Source: Octopus bimaculoides
Lineage: Eukaryota
Assembly: GCF_001194135.2 (NCBI RefSeq)
Contig: NC_068981.1
Span: forward strand, 106,218,545 to 106,282,544
Direction: 5' to 3'
DNA length: 64,000 nucleotides
The notes under the pieces were generated by a model. It was not told where the DNA came from. It ran no database searches and saw only the letters and a program-made list of their open reading frames with translations. Shown one piece after another: positions 47,736 through 59,959 of this stretch. Both the position numbers and the translations under genes were made by a program. Position 1 is the first letter of the stretch, and each line of letters begins with the position of its first letter.

Positions 47736-48155
47736 GGTGCAGGAGTGGCTGTGAGGTACAGCAGTGGCTGTATATTAGGTAGCTTCCTTACCAGCCATAT
47801 GATTCCCGGTTCAGTCCCACCTTGTGGCACATTGGGCAAGTGTCTTCTACTATAGCCTCGTGCTGACCAAAGCCTTGTGAGTGGATTTGGTAGATGGAAA
47901 CTGAAAGAAGTCCATCGTACATGTATGTGTGTGTGTGTGTGTGTGTTTGTGTGTCTGTGTTTGTACCCCTACCGTCGCTTGACAACCAATGCTGGTGTGT
48001 TTACTTCCCCGTATCTTAGCACTTTGGCAAAAGAGATTGATGGAATAAGTACTAGGCTTACAAAGAATATGCCCTGGGATCGATTTGTTCAACTAAAGGT
48101 GGTGCTCCAGCATGGCCGCCATCAAATGACTGAAACAAATAAAAGAATAAAAGAA
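47736..48155 (+). mobile_element. Full-length tRNA-derived SINE family B
   Basis: Head ggtgcaggagtggctgt..., B-box-like ggttcagtccc, internal (TG)n, tail (taaaagaa)n. Confidence 0.88.
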
Positions 48156-48182
48156 TATATATATATTCATTCATTCATTCAT

Positions 48183-48535
48183 TCATCATTTAACATCCGC
48201 CTTCCATGCTAGCATGGGTTGGACAATTTTACTGGGGGACTGGCGAACCAGATGGCTACACCAGACTCCAATCTGATCTGGCAGAGTTTCTACAGCTGGT
48301 TGCCCTTCCTAACGCCAACCACTCCGAGAGTGTAGTGGGTGCTTTTTACGTGCCACCGGCATGTGGGCCAGTCCGGCAGTACTGGCAACGGCCATGCTCA
48401 AATGGTGTTTTTTATGTGCCACCTGCACAGGAGTCTGTCCACTGTTTTGTTCACATGCCACCGGCACAAGTGCCAGTAAGGTGAAGCTGGAAATGATTGC
48501 ACTCAAATGGTGCTTTTTTACATGCCACCAGCACA
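48183..48535 (-). mobile_element. RTE LINE 3' tail (family at 49687 and 54545), inverted
   Basis: catcatttaacatccgccttccatgctagcatgg...gcccttcctaacgccaaccactccgagagtgtagtgggtgc. Confidence 0.85.
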
Positions 48536-48544
48536 CATATATAC

Positions 48545-48588
<44 letters not shown>

Positions 48589-48675
48589 CTGTATGTATGC
48601 ATGTATCTATAAATGCCATCCAAAATATTATATACATANNNNNNNNNNNNNNNNNNNNNNNNNNNNNNNNNNNNN

Positions 48676-48708
<33 letters not shown>

Positions 48709-49269
48709 ATATATGTATATAAGTTGAGCCTCACAGAGAAGATGACACAGGACCAAAACTACTGGTGACTTGCTGCACTTGAGAAGATGTGAAACTAAGG
48801 AAAATCATAGCCATCCATATATACAGGCATGTTCTTTATGGCTATAACCCCACTTCCACTCTCTCTCTCTTACACACAGACACACAATTCTGTCCCCTGG
48901 CAAAATTCACCCAGAACCCATCTCCCCCAACCCATCACCACCCCTCCAATTTCTCTTACCATCACTTGCCATCTCTAGCTATCTTCCCTCACACTCTTAT
49001 GGAATATGTTCTCTACCCACTCTGTACTACTTATACTCCCCCACCACTCTTCCCTGTGGGTAAGCCCTCTCTCCCACTTTCTCCTCCCTTTCTTCCTTGT
49101 CCTACCAGGCGGAGGTGGGGTAGCCAAATATTTCCTCTGTAGTAAGACAGCTATCTCTGTCCCTCTATCATACACCAACCTCTCTCCTGGCACATGGCCA
49201 CTTCTTTTGTTTACTCTCCCTCTCTTAGCCGAGGCGTCCTTGTCTTGCAAGCTGCTTGGTGATTCTAAG

Positions 49270-49475
49270 GGTGGTGGCATCATGTAAAAAGCACCTGTGC
49301 TGGCACAACATAAAAGGCACTCAGGCTGGTGCCACATAAAAAGCACCCAACCATACCAAAATAGACAACTGGAGCCTGGTGCAGCTCTTGGGCTTCCCAG
49401 TTCCTATCAAACTATCAAACCCATGCTAGCATGGAAAACAGTTGTTAAATGATGATGATGATGATAATGATAATA
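49270..49475 (+). mobile_element. RTE-type 3' tail variant ending in (GAT)n
   Basis: aacccatgctagcatggaaaacagttgttaaatgatgatgat. Confidence 0.65.
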
Positions 49476-49477
49476 GC

Positions 49478-49645
49478 TACAGCCATAGCTACGTGGTTAA
49501 GCAGCTTGCCTTCCAACAATGTGGTCTTGGGTTCAGTTTCACTAAGCTGCACCTTGGACAAGTATTTACTACTATAACTCTGGGCTGACCAAAGCCTTGT
49601 GAGTGGATTTGGTAGAGGGAAACTAAAAGAGGCCTGTTGCGCGCA
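49478..49645 (+). mobile_element. SINE family B 5' half
   Basis: gtggttaagcagcttgc...ccaaagccttgtgagtggatttggtag. Confidence 0.75.
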
Positions 49646-49686
49646 CGTGTCTGTGTGTGTGTGTGTATGTATGTATGTATATATTG

Positions 49687-50155
49687 GGCCTCACCGAGGC
49701 AATGACTACTGACCGAGACCTTTAGAAATGTGCTGTGCGTGAGAAGACCCGGCAAGCCAAGTAAGATCGTTGCCAGTGCCCCTGGACTGGCTCTTGTGCA
49801 GGTGGCACATGAGATGCACCATTTTGAGTGTGGCCGTTGCCAGTACCGCCTGACTGGCTCCAGTAGGATTTTCGAGTGAGATTGTTGCCAGTGCCCCTGG
49901 ACTGGCTTGTGCGGGTGGCACATAAAAGACACCATTTCGAGCGTGGTCGTTTTTGTGCGGGTGACACGTAAAAGCACCCACTACACTCTCTGAGTGGTTG
50001 GCGTTAGGAAGGGCATCCAGCTGTAGAAACTCTGCTAAATTAGATTGGAGCCTGGTGTTGCCATCCAGTTTCACCAGTCCTCAATCAAATAGTCCAACCC
50101 ATGCTAGCATGGAAAGCGGACGTTAAACGATGATGATGATGATGATGATGATGAT
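49687..50155 (+). mobile_element. RTE LINE extreme 3' end: last codons, repeat-containing UTR and (GAT)n tail
   Basis: GLTEAMTTDRDL...EKTRQAK* aligns with 16800-16877; ends ggaaagcggacgttaaacgatgatgat. Confidence 0.9.
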
Positions 50156-50187
50156 ACACATATATGTATATATATAAATATATACAT

Positions 50188-50225
<38 letters not shown>

Positions 50226-50320
50226 GCATATGTGTAGAGTGTTAGGTGTGATGTACAGAAGTAAATATTGAAAAAAAGTCGTCAGAATTTTGGAATAAGT
50301 TCTTTCATTTATTTTATACA

Positions 50321-50362
50321 TATATTAGCGCTTTCGTTCGTCTTTCGAACTTGTCAAATATA
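50321..50362 (-). ncRNA. Decayed minimal type I hammerhead
   Basis: Reverse complement TATAT-TTGACAA-GTTCGaaagaCGAAC-GAAA-GCGC-TA-ATATA; perfect stems, palindromic AGCGCT, C3 and G8 altered. Confidence 0.65.
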
Positions 50363-50644
50363 ACTGAAAATACAGAGATCTAGCTTATTTATATAAAAAC
50401 AGGTATTTTGGGGGGTTTTGTTTATAACAGAACACTTTTGTTTTTTTGTTTTTTTGGAGTGAGGCTTTGGAGACAATGGAAGATGTATAAGCAAATAAAT
50501 AGATAGATAGGCAGATAGATAGATAGACTGATATATAACAGAAAAGGAGGAATTTCGATTATCTTCACATGGTGAGTTGTAATATATATAAAGAATTAAA
50601 CAAAGAAAATACACACACTACATAGTTTTAATATAATTTTTAAT

Positions 50645-50679
50645 ATATCAACCGGTTTCGCTTTCACTATTCATGATAT
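50645..50679 (-). ncRNA. Decayed minimal type I hammerhead
   Basis: Reverse complement ATATC-ATGAATA-GTgaaaGC-GAAA-CCGG-TT-GATAT; palindromic ACCGGT, C3 and G8 altered. Confidence 0.55.
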
Positions 50680-51009
50680 TTGAATATGTATTTTCTTAAG
50701 AAGAAATTTTTGTCCATGTTGTGTGTGATGATATTTACGAGTGAATGACTTCACAAGTAGAAAAAAAAGGGGAGGTAATTGGTTATCGTTATTATTGTTA
50801 TTGTTGTGGTAAGGGAGATAACTGTTCAGCTTTCAGTAAGGGGAGGGGAATATATATATATATACACACAAAAAAAGGTTTCGAAAAACTTGTTTTGTGA
50901 ATGGATTTATGTACAGTGATATAATCGTGAATTGAAATATGTAAAAAGATAAAAGGTGGTTATGCATGCATATTAAGACGTGTTCTGTACTTTTCAGTCA
51001 AAAAAGTTT

Positions 51010-51259
51010 CTTTATTTAAACGTTCTTGTGGGGGAAATTATGTCTTTGCACTGGTAGAAGGGGAAGACTGTGAAATTTGGCTTGATGTTAACTGCACATT
51101 TTTCTATATGTTCACTGAGAGGAATTTGCCTATAATGCGGGAAATGGATTTGCTCCTTACGTAAAGTGGTTTTCCATCTCAAGGTCATACTCGTCTGTCC
51201 AATATAGTTGTGTCCGCAACCCGAGCAGGTTATTACATAAATTAGGTCCTTTTTTAATT

Positions 51260-51265
<6 letters not shown>
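51010..51265 (-). mobile_element. Penelope-like GIY-YIG endonuclease fragment
   Basis: KDLIYVITCSGCGHNYIGQTSMTLR...EQIHFPHYRQIPLSEHIEKC. Confidence 0.85.
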
Positions 51266-51297
<32 letters not shown>

Positions 51298-51619
51298 NNN
51301 NNNNNNNNNNNNNNNNNNNNNNNNNNNNNNNNNNNNNNNNNNNNNNNNNNNNNNNNNNNNNNNNNNNNNNNNNNNNNNNNNNNNNNNNNNNNNNNNNNNN
51401 NNNNNNNNNNNNNNNNNNNNNNNNNNNNNNNNNNNNNNNNNNNNNNNNNNNNNNNNNNNNNNNNNNNNNNNNNNNNNNNNNNNNNNNNNNNNNNNNNNNN
51501 NNNNNNNNNNNNNNNNNNNNNNNNTATACTAATATGCATATACATTCATATATAAATTCATATATAAATTCATATATATAGATCAATATCCAAAGTCATA
51601 TATATGTGTGTGTGTGTTC

Positions 51620-51688
<69 letters not shown>

Positions 51689-52577
51689 CATGAATGTATG
51701 TAATTGTTCATATTAATATATACTCACACTCACTCATATATATACCAAAAAGCAAATATAAAAAAACAAAAATGAATGAAAAAAGATTTCCAAATCTATG
51801 TTATTAATTTTATATTTATGTATGTATGTATGTACGTGTGTATGTATGTATGTATATAACGTACATACATAAATACGTATGTATGTATGTGTGTATGTAG
51901 GTATATACATACGTATGTACGTATGTATGCATGTATGTGATGTGTATGTGTATGTGTGTGAGAATGACATTTGTGATTGAAATAATTTCGAAGGATTGAG
52001 TGGAATTTACTGCATAGCAAACCAGTTAACCATTATTTATATGTCTGAGACTTGGAAATAGATTTAAAAATCAAAGATGTCATCATAAAGTTTATATGTC
52101 TTGCAGAAGTAAATTAAGACTGGAAAGTGGAAACTTGAAGGTGGCTTGGCTTGGTTGTCTGTCATATTGGGAAATAGTGCTTATTGAATGAAACAGGACA
52201 AAACACACTTGATTGAATTTATATATAGAAATACTCTGTTAAAACATAATCTAGATAATCAGTAATCACCATCATACTAATACTTGTATCACCAACCATC
52301 ATCATCCCCCCCCCCCNNNNNNNNNNNNNNNNNNNNNNNNNNNNNNNNNNNNNNNNNNNNNNNNNNNNNNNNNNNNNNNNNNNNNNNNNNNNNNNNNNNN
52401 NNNNNNNNNNNNNNNNNNNNNNNNNNNNNNNNNNNNNNNNNNNNNNNNNNNNNNNNNNNNNNNNNNNNNNNNNNNNNNNNNNNNNNNNNNNNNNNNNNNN
52501 NNNNNNNNNNNNNNNNNNNNNNNNNNNNNNNNNNNNNNNNNNNNNNNNNNNNNNNNNNNNNNNNNNNNNNNNNNNNN

Positions 52578-52639
<62 letters not shown>

Positions 52640-53179
52640 GTTATAACCCTTGACCTAAACTTACTGCAATGTCTGACCCAATTTTGATATCATTACAAGA
52701 AGTTAGCATTTTTAAATCTGCAAACTTATTATAGCATGTAGTGATCAAATCTAAGTAGCAGACATGATTTTTATTTATTTGGTAATTCTAAAAAATATTT
52801 CCATGATAAATTAATAAAAACTGGATTAATTTGGAAATGTGATGTTGAGAAATGAAATGGTGCAAAATATAAACAACCAGAAAGGAGAGACAGAAGGAGT
52901 ATGTGTGTGATTTAATTTCTTAATTTTCAGAACTATTACTGCCACTTTTCAAAGTTTTGTAGGCTGGACACTGTTTTAATCAGTCAATTCTGCCATCATT
53001 GTTGACTGCTCTAGGTTTAATCTTCCTTAGGTTAGTTTTGAACTCAGGTTTTTGTATTTAATGCAGCTCATCAACATTCTTAAAGTTGGATTTACTAAAT
53101 TAATTCAAAAGGCCTGAAGGAGTAGCACTGACAGATGTTACTCAACACAATACTATCAGCGTTGTTGCCACTCTTCTCA

Positions 53180-53335
53180 TTTATCATCATCATCATTGCT
53201 GTCGTTATCGTCGTCGTCGTCATTGACAGTGGTACCTTCATCATCATCATCGTTGTTGTCATTGTCATTGCCATCAATATTGTCATCACCACCATCATCA
53301 TCTTTGTTATCACTGTTGCCATCATCATCAATAAC
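53180..53335. repeat. Degenerate (CAT/GAT)n microsatellite
   Basis: Produces poly-I/V, poly-M and poly-D pseudo-ORFs. Confidence 0.85.
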
Positions 53336-53694
53336 AAAAATGACAGTGTTAACACAAGAATGACATTATCAGCATCATCTGTTTTAAAAAGGTAAGTGAG
53401 AATGGTTTAAGGCTGGATTACTGTTTTGATGATAGATCCTCTCGATCAAGTCTGGCTTGAGGCCAAACAACAACACCATTAGCATTAATTTAGTGATCAT
53501 TCACCTTGCTAGAAATAGCAGCAAATCTCCCTAAAAAAACAAAGGGAATGACACAGTTGGTACTGTAGTCCTAGAAACACAATGTCAGAAAAAGAAAGAC
53601 AATATGGTCACTGCAGGAACATCATTGATGTGACTGGAATTATAGAAGATTGACTTCATATATACTTAAAGATTAACCTCTCATATACTACAAA

Positions 53695-53870
53695 GGGGTT
53701 AGGTACAGTGTGGATGAATGATTAAGAAATTCAGTTTGCAACCATAAAGGCCCAGGTTCAATCTCGCAGTATGTCACCTTAAGCAAATGTCATTTTCTAT
53801 AACCTTGGGTTGACCAATATTTTATGAGTGAAATAGGGAAGATAGAAACTGAAAGAATCCCATTGAATGG
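53695..53870 (+). mobile_element. Old SINE family B 5' part
   Basis: ggcccaggttcaatctc...ttctataaccttggg...gaaactgaaagaatccc. Confidence 0.5.
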
Positions 53871-54544
53871 ATTATACTTGTAATTCAAAAAGTATACTGT
53901 TATCATACACTGTTGTGCTGATTCTGGATGAGGAATATGTAGCATAAAGGCAATGAACAGTTGGGGGATGAAAGACATAAGATGTCTGTAGCATGGCAAG
54001 CCACACTTTATCAACTGTTACAACTACATCAAGAACAATGACATTCAAAACTCTATTGACATTTTGTCATTTATAATAACATTTGTTTTTTTGTGTATGG
54101 AAAGGATAAAATTTTGTTTATCAAAAATCTCAACAGATTTCATTGTCTTCTTCATACAAATGCATTAATGGTACCACCACCACCACAACCACCTAGACTT
54201 CCACTGCCGGCACCAGAACTCAGGGAAGAAATATGGAAGATGAAAATTTTAGAATTTCACTGTTTTTTCTTTTTGTTTTTTTTCTTTTATTCTGCAAAAA
54301 ATCTTTATGAAAGAACTCAAAAACACAAAATTCACAATAAAAACAATTTAAATTAACTTATAGAGATGCGCGCTATAGTAGTAATAATAATATTCAAAAT
54401 AACAACTTGTAGATATAAAGAGAATTATTTCTTTGTGCAAAGGTTATTAATAGATAATGTAATCTGTGTATGTATTCATTTGTTTGCATCTCTATTTTCA
54501 AGTGTCCATTCTGTTTTAGTTTATTTAATTATATTTTAGATCAC

Positions 54545-54987
54545 TAAGAGCACCGTCCGAGCGTGATTGTTGCCAGAGCACCAGCTGTCTGGCTTCCGTG
54601 CCAGGGGCATGTAAATAGCACCATTTGAGCGTGATCGTTACCAACGTCGCCCTCCTGGCACTTGTGCCAGTGGCACGTGAAAAGACATTTGAGCGGGTTC
54701 ATTACCAGTACCGCTGGACTGGCTCCTGTGCAGGTGGCACATAAAATACACCATTTTGAGCATGGCTGTTGCCAGTACCTCCTGACTGGCCTTCGTGCTA
54801 GTGTATGTAAAAGCACCCACTACACTCTCGGAGTGGTGGGCGTTAGGAAGGGCATCCAGCTGTAGAAACTCTGGCAAATCAGATTGGAGCCAGGTGTAGC
54901 CATCTGGTTCACCAGTCCTCAGTCAAATCGTCCAACTCATGCTAACATGGAAAGCGGATGTTAAACGATGATGATGATGATGATGAT
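54545..54987 (+). mobile_element. RTE LINE 3' tail with (GAT)n
   Basis: Matches 49780-50155 and 17130-17260. Confidence 0.88.
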
Positions 54988-55149
54988 ATTTTTATTTTGA
55001 ATATACATAAAACCTTTTCACAAAAAAATAAAAAACTAGTGAAGCAGTGGGTGGTGCTGATGGTATCAACTAACTCCCTCTCCTTGATATTGCTAGCCTT
55101 ATGTTTAAAATTTCATCCCATCTCATCTTTGCTCATTTATTCTGGGGAG

Positions 55150-56085
55150 GGTTGTGAGGGTAGAGTCCCAAAGCATGCATTCTATCAGGTCCTATCCAAT
55201 TGATCTCAAGTGAGACCTACTAAACTCAAGGATCCACCCATTCTTGTGCATTGTCTACTCCTAGGTCACCTGCTGGATGGTTTTACTCATAAAACCTATC
55301 CAGTGATTCTTTTCCAAGACATTCTTACCACATGTGCACAGTATTGAAGCTGTGATCTCTCAATTCAGAGAAGTAGGGACTCTACCTGAAGTATCTCTCT
55401 GATCTCTGAGCTATGCACTCTATTGAGTGACGATACTCTGAAGGCCTTTCAGAGGAACCCCCACCTCAGCCGCTTGTATTTGTGATAGTATTCTTTTGGT
55501 CATTATGCAAGATTTATGACCATAGGTAAAGGTAGGCATGATCACTGAATTGGAGAGAGTGAGTTTGGCTTTTACACCTTCTTCTGATGACCAAATGTTG
55601 AAGCTGGTACATTACTGCACCAGCTCCTGCAATTTTTACACATAATTCAACTTCCTGCCTTCCATCACCTGTAAAAATGGCCTTAAGATACTTGTACTTC
55701 TCCACCTGCTTCAGTGGAACTCCACTCACATATAGAGTGCATTGTTCAGGCTTTCTTGAGAGGATGAGTGTTCTCAGTTTTTACAGCACTGATTTTCATT
55801 CCTAATGAGCAGCACTTGGCACTAAACCTATCAAGTACACATCAAAGATCACCTTCTGATGAGTTGAGTAGTACCAGGTCATCTGCAAATTCCAGCCAAC
55901 TGATCCTACATCTACTGGTCTCATTACAATTCCAACCCAGCTGCACAAGTCAATTTTGCCTGTAAAGATTGTGAACAGGAAAGGTGGAAGTGTGCACACT
56001 TGGTGGAGTCTGACACCCATACTGAATGGTTTTGACTTAGCATCATTTATCCAAACACAGTTCCTAGGGTATTCATGAATCAGAA
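55150..56085 (-). mobile_element. Decayed RTE-clade LINE RT fragment (second family)
   Basis: SKPFSMGVRLHQVCTLPPFLFTIF, ADDL-like ttgcagatgacctg, LKQVEKYKYL. Confidence 0.7.
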
Positions 56086-56392
56086 ACAATTATGATTCTT
56101 ATTATTATTCAACTTGACTCAAAATTGGGCTTATTCCTAGTAGAATTTATGTGGGTAGCAAGTTACTACCTGTAACCTTAGATATCCACATGATTTCAAT
56201 AATCCTTCAAAGACTCAAAACCCTTCTGATGATCTTTCCTGTTTCTAAGAGGCAAACTATTCATAGAAGCTCTACAGGACATTCCATTCCAATCCCTTTC
56301 AGCCATTTGTCTATATCATTACTCAAAGTTCCTAATGCACGAATTATCACAGGCACAACCTATACAGATTTCATTGTTGTTGTTATTATCAT

Positions 56393-56730
56393 CACGTGCT
56401 TTCACTGGACTACTGAGTACAGCTCTGTGTGCCTTGGGTATGTGCTGTAGTTTGTTGTGGTTTTCTTATTTTCACTATATTGAAAGTGCTTTACTTAGGA
56501 TGTGTGCAGAGCCTAGTAGTACTATTTTATGTATGTTATAAACACTTGTAAGTCCTGGTGTTTTGGTTATATATTTGTCTGGGTGTTTTTTTTATCGTAC
56601 CCAATGCACCTACTATTGTTTCTGTTTTTAGGCTCCACATTCGAGTGACCTTTATTTCCAACTCTTTGTATTTTGAAAGTTTCTCCATTTTCTTTAGAGA
56701 AATGTTGTTATCCGTTGGCATTGATATATT
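56393..56730 (-). mobile_element. R4/Dong-like LINE 3' fragment between (AAC/AAT)n tracts
   Basis: PTDNNISLKKMEKLSKYKELEIKVTRMWSLKTETIVGALG...KIVLLGSAHILSKALSI. Confidence 0.85.
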
Positions 56731-56732
56731 GC

Positions 56733-56769
<37 letters not shown>

Positions 56770-56770
<1 letters not shown>

Positions 56771-57215
56771 GAGTGAGAGAGCAGTGCATGCCATCAAAGT
56801 GACAATGAGGTAAAATATACAAAACTCAATATACTCATCATGACTATCCGTCTGATAAGGCTAGACTAGGCACATGCATCACAACCATATGCACATGGCA
56901 TGGTGATCTCATATCAAGACTTTGCAGGTGGTCCCAGTTAGAATTTTCTTCAGGTTGAGTAGCCCATCCTGCTCAAAAGGTCCCTGAATAAGGGTTGTTT
57001 AAGGATGATGAACAAAATACACATGTTTCCAGAGGTGAATTATTCAAACCCCAAAGAATTCCTCTCAACACATGGCTATGATACTCCTCCACTTTTCCTG
57101 TTCATGATCAAAGATGCACATGTCATCAACCACCAAGGGACATGCTCAACTGGTTAAGGTCAAACAACTGACAAGCAGATCTGTGGTACTGAGCAGAATA
57201 TTTGCTGTAGCCCAA
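56770..57215 (-). repeat. Family E repeat flanked on both sides by (TAA)n
   Basis: Reverse complement of about 9215-9670. Confidence 0.78.
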
Positions 57216-57217
57216 TT

Positions 57218-57271
<54 letters not shown>

Positions 57272-57274
57272 GTT

Positions 57275-58065
57275 GTTCAACATTTAGTAGTTTCAGGAAA
57301 ATTTCTACTGTATTACTTGCTACACTTCTATGTTGCTGGGGCGTGTGCAGCATTGTATGATTTCTTTTCTGTTGTTGGGAGTGTGTAAACTCTTCTTGGT
57401 ATTGTATTGCATCAGATTTTTTTCTCTTGAGATGTGGTGCAGTCTTTTGTTGTATTACTGTTTGTATTGTGTGTTGAGTGTGTAATATGTTGGTTTTATA
57501 GGATTGCTGGTGGAAGTTTATTTCATTGGATAATTGCTGTATAGAGTGTGTCTTGTGTTTATGGATTGTTTTGTTTAGGTTGTATTATTGAATTGATAGT
57601 ATTTTGCATAGGATGTGGGTTGGTCCTAGGAGGGCTATTTTTAGGATAGTGTATAGTGTTGAGAATCCCAGTGTAGCTTCAGCGTTTTTGTTCATATGTT
57701 TTTTTTTTTATTATACCCAATGCTCCAATTATTATTGGTATTGTTTTTACCTTCATGCCCCGTGTCTTATATACTTCAATTTCAAGGTTTTTGTACTTTG
57801 AAAATTTCTCCACTTCTTTTTGGACAATATTTTGATCAGACGGGACTGCAATATCTATCAGTAAGCAGGTGTTCCCCCCCACCTCACACAATCCTTTATT
57901 ATTATGTCTGGGTGATTAGCTTTTATTTCTTTGTTGGTTTGAACTAGCATATCCCAGATGATTGCGGCCTGGTCATTGTCTTGTACCTTGTTTGGCACAT
58001 GTTTATACCATTTATTGTCAGTTTTAATGTTGCAGTGTTTACATATTGTCCAGTAGACATAATTA
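57275..58065 (-). mobile_element. R4/Dong-like LINE fragment with restriction-like endonuclease and 3' UTR
   Basis: IIWDMLVQTNKEIKANHPDIIIKD...CLLIDIAVPSDQNIVQKEVEKFSKYKNL...IIGALG; (TAA)n at both ends. Confidence 0.85.
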
Positions 58066-58276
58066 CTTATTATTATTATTATTATTTCTATATTAACCAA
58101 AATGAAGTAGATTGACAAATTTATTTTTTGAACCAGTGGAAGACACGCGAGATGTCGAAATATTGTTCCCAAAATAACAAATGGCACTCTTCTTTTAATT
58201 TTGACTCCATATCTTCAGGAGGAGTTACCTCAATCCTTTCTATATTAATATTATTATTATTATTATTATTATTGGT

Positions 58277-58495
58277 GTTGGGAGCTAGTAGAACTGTTAG
58301 CATACTGAGCAAAATGCTTAGCTGCATTTTGTCAATCTTTATGTTCTGAGTTCAAATTCTGCTGAAGTTGACTTTGCTTTTCTTCCTTGGGGTGGGGGTG
58401 GGGGGTCAATAAAGTAAGTGTGAATTGAGCACTGGGTCAATCAGCTATCCCCTTCCACCAAAATTTCAAGCTTTATGCCTATAGCTGAAAGGATT
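58277..58495 (+). mobile_element. SINE family D
   Basis: gggagctagtagaactgttagc...ctgagttcaaattctgc...tgcctatagctgaaaggatt. Confidence 0.7.
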
Positions 58496-58551
58496 ATTAT
58501 TATTATAACTAATATTATTATCATTATCATCGCTATCATCATTATCATTTG

Positions 58552-58682
58552 GGTGGGGAGCTGACAGAATTGTTAGCACATCAGACAAAATGCTGAGTGG
58601 TATTTCTTCTGACTTCTGAATTCAAATCCTGCAGAAATCAACTTTGCCTTTCATCCTTTCGGGAACAATTAAATAATACCAG
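58552..58682 (+). mobile_element. SINE family D/A
   Basis: ggggagctgacagaattgttagcac...actttgcctttcatcctttcggg. Confidence 0.7.
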
Positions 58683-58705
58683 TAGTTTTAGAAAAGAAAA
58701 ATACG

Positions 58706-58855
58706 TTGGGTATGTGCTGTAGTTTGCTGTGGTGCTCTTATGTTTACTGTATTGAAAGTGTTTTGCGTAGAATGTGTGCAATACCCAGTAGTGCAATTTT
58801 CTGTATGTTATATATATTTGTAAGTCCTGGTGTTTTTGTTATGTATTTGTCTGAA

Positions 58856-58917
<62 letters not shown>

Positions 58918-59040
58918 TAGTTTTATTTATAACGTGCTTTCACTTCACTACCGAGCGCAGCTCTGTGTGCCTTCGGTATGTGCTGTGGTTTGCTGTGATG
59001 CTCTTATGGTTACTGTATTGAAAGTGTTTTGCATAGGATG
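58706..59040 (-). mobile_element. Two stacked R4/Dong-like 3' fragments separated by (TAA)n
   Basis: 58706-58860 and 58930-59040 both match 56400-56580; (att)18 at 58861-58915. Confidence 0.85.
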
Positions 59041-59329
59041 TTATTATTATTATTATTTCTTGTCTTAGTAAGAGATGTTTTACATTGCTCTATAACTTTT
59101 TTGCTTACTTTTCCATTTAGGGTTTGCAATTGTTCATATTTTTTATTTATGTATCCTATTGTATGGTCTACAATGTGAGGCTTTTTTGTCCCTTTTCTTA
59201 TCAAGGTTCTTCTAAACAGTTTATATCTGTCTTTTCTTTGTATCAAGGACTTTCTAAATAATTCTTGTTGATCCAAATATCTGCCATGCACCTACTCCCA
59301 TATTAAAACAATCTACCATTCCAAGGTTT

Positions 59330-59900
59330 ATTCTCAAATTCTTCATTGCAATTCTCACTGTCCCAAAGATAATTGGCAAGATCTTGATCTTGTCAACTTC
59401 TCTGAGAACTTCATTATTCAAGTCAGTATGATATTCTAATTTTGTTCTTTTTTGTTGACTTAGGTATCAGATAGTCATTCCACATCAATTTCTTGACTAC
59501 AATATCTAGCTTGTGCTCCATTCACCTTTCATTTTGTATGGAAAATCCTATAACAACCTCACTTCATCATTTTCAAAGACTTTCATTTCTATTCCCATAG
59601 AAAGGTCATAACCCTTTCCTGTACATGAAAGACCAAACCTCTTGTAAAAGCTCCAGTGAATTATTGCCACAGTTTTATCATGCCTATTCTCTTCTGTATT
59701 CATTTTGAGCTAGAATTCTGTTACAATGCACATTCAGTATTTAGGTGACCAGTCCTTCTCATCTATCATTCTTTTAATCTAAAATATTCTCATAGCATGT
59801 GCTTGAGTGGCTAAAATCAATCCTTCTAACTCTCTCTTTGGTACTCCTTTCTTTAACAATAGCCAGATGACCTTGCTATTCCTTACTTGTTTTGTTTCTT
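59330..59900 (-). mobile_element. Older R4/Dong-like fragment (zinc knuckle to REL region)
   Basis: KRELEGLILATQ...NRHDKTVAIIHW...ENDEVRLL, with many stops. Confidence 0.6.
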
Positions 59901-59959
59901 TGAAGAAACACTGAATGAAACTTCTTTTCTTCAAAGTTTGACTTACAACATTTTTCTGT

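Noticed and set aside
53095-53400. Hydrophobic or Asp-rich ORFs with a strong donor AAG|GTAAGT at 53391
   Set aside because: Degenerate (CAT)n microsatellite; no convincing acceptor or family similarity.
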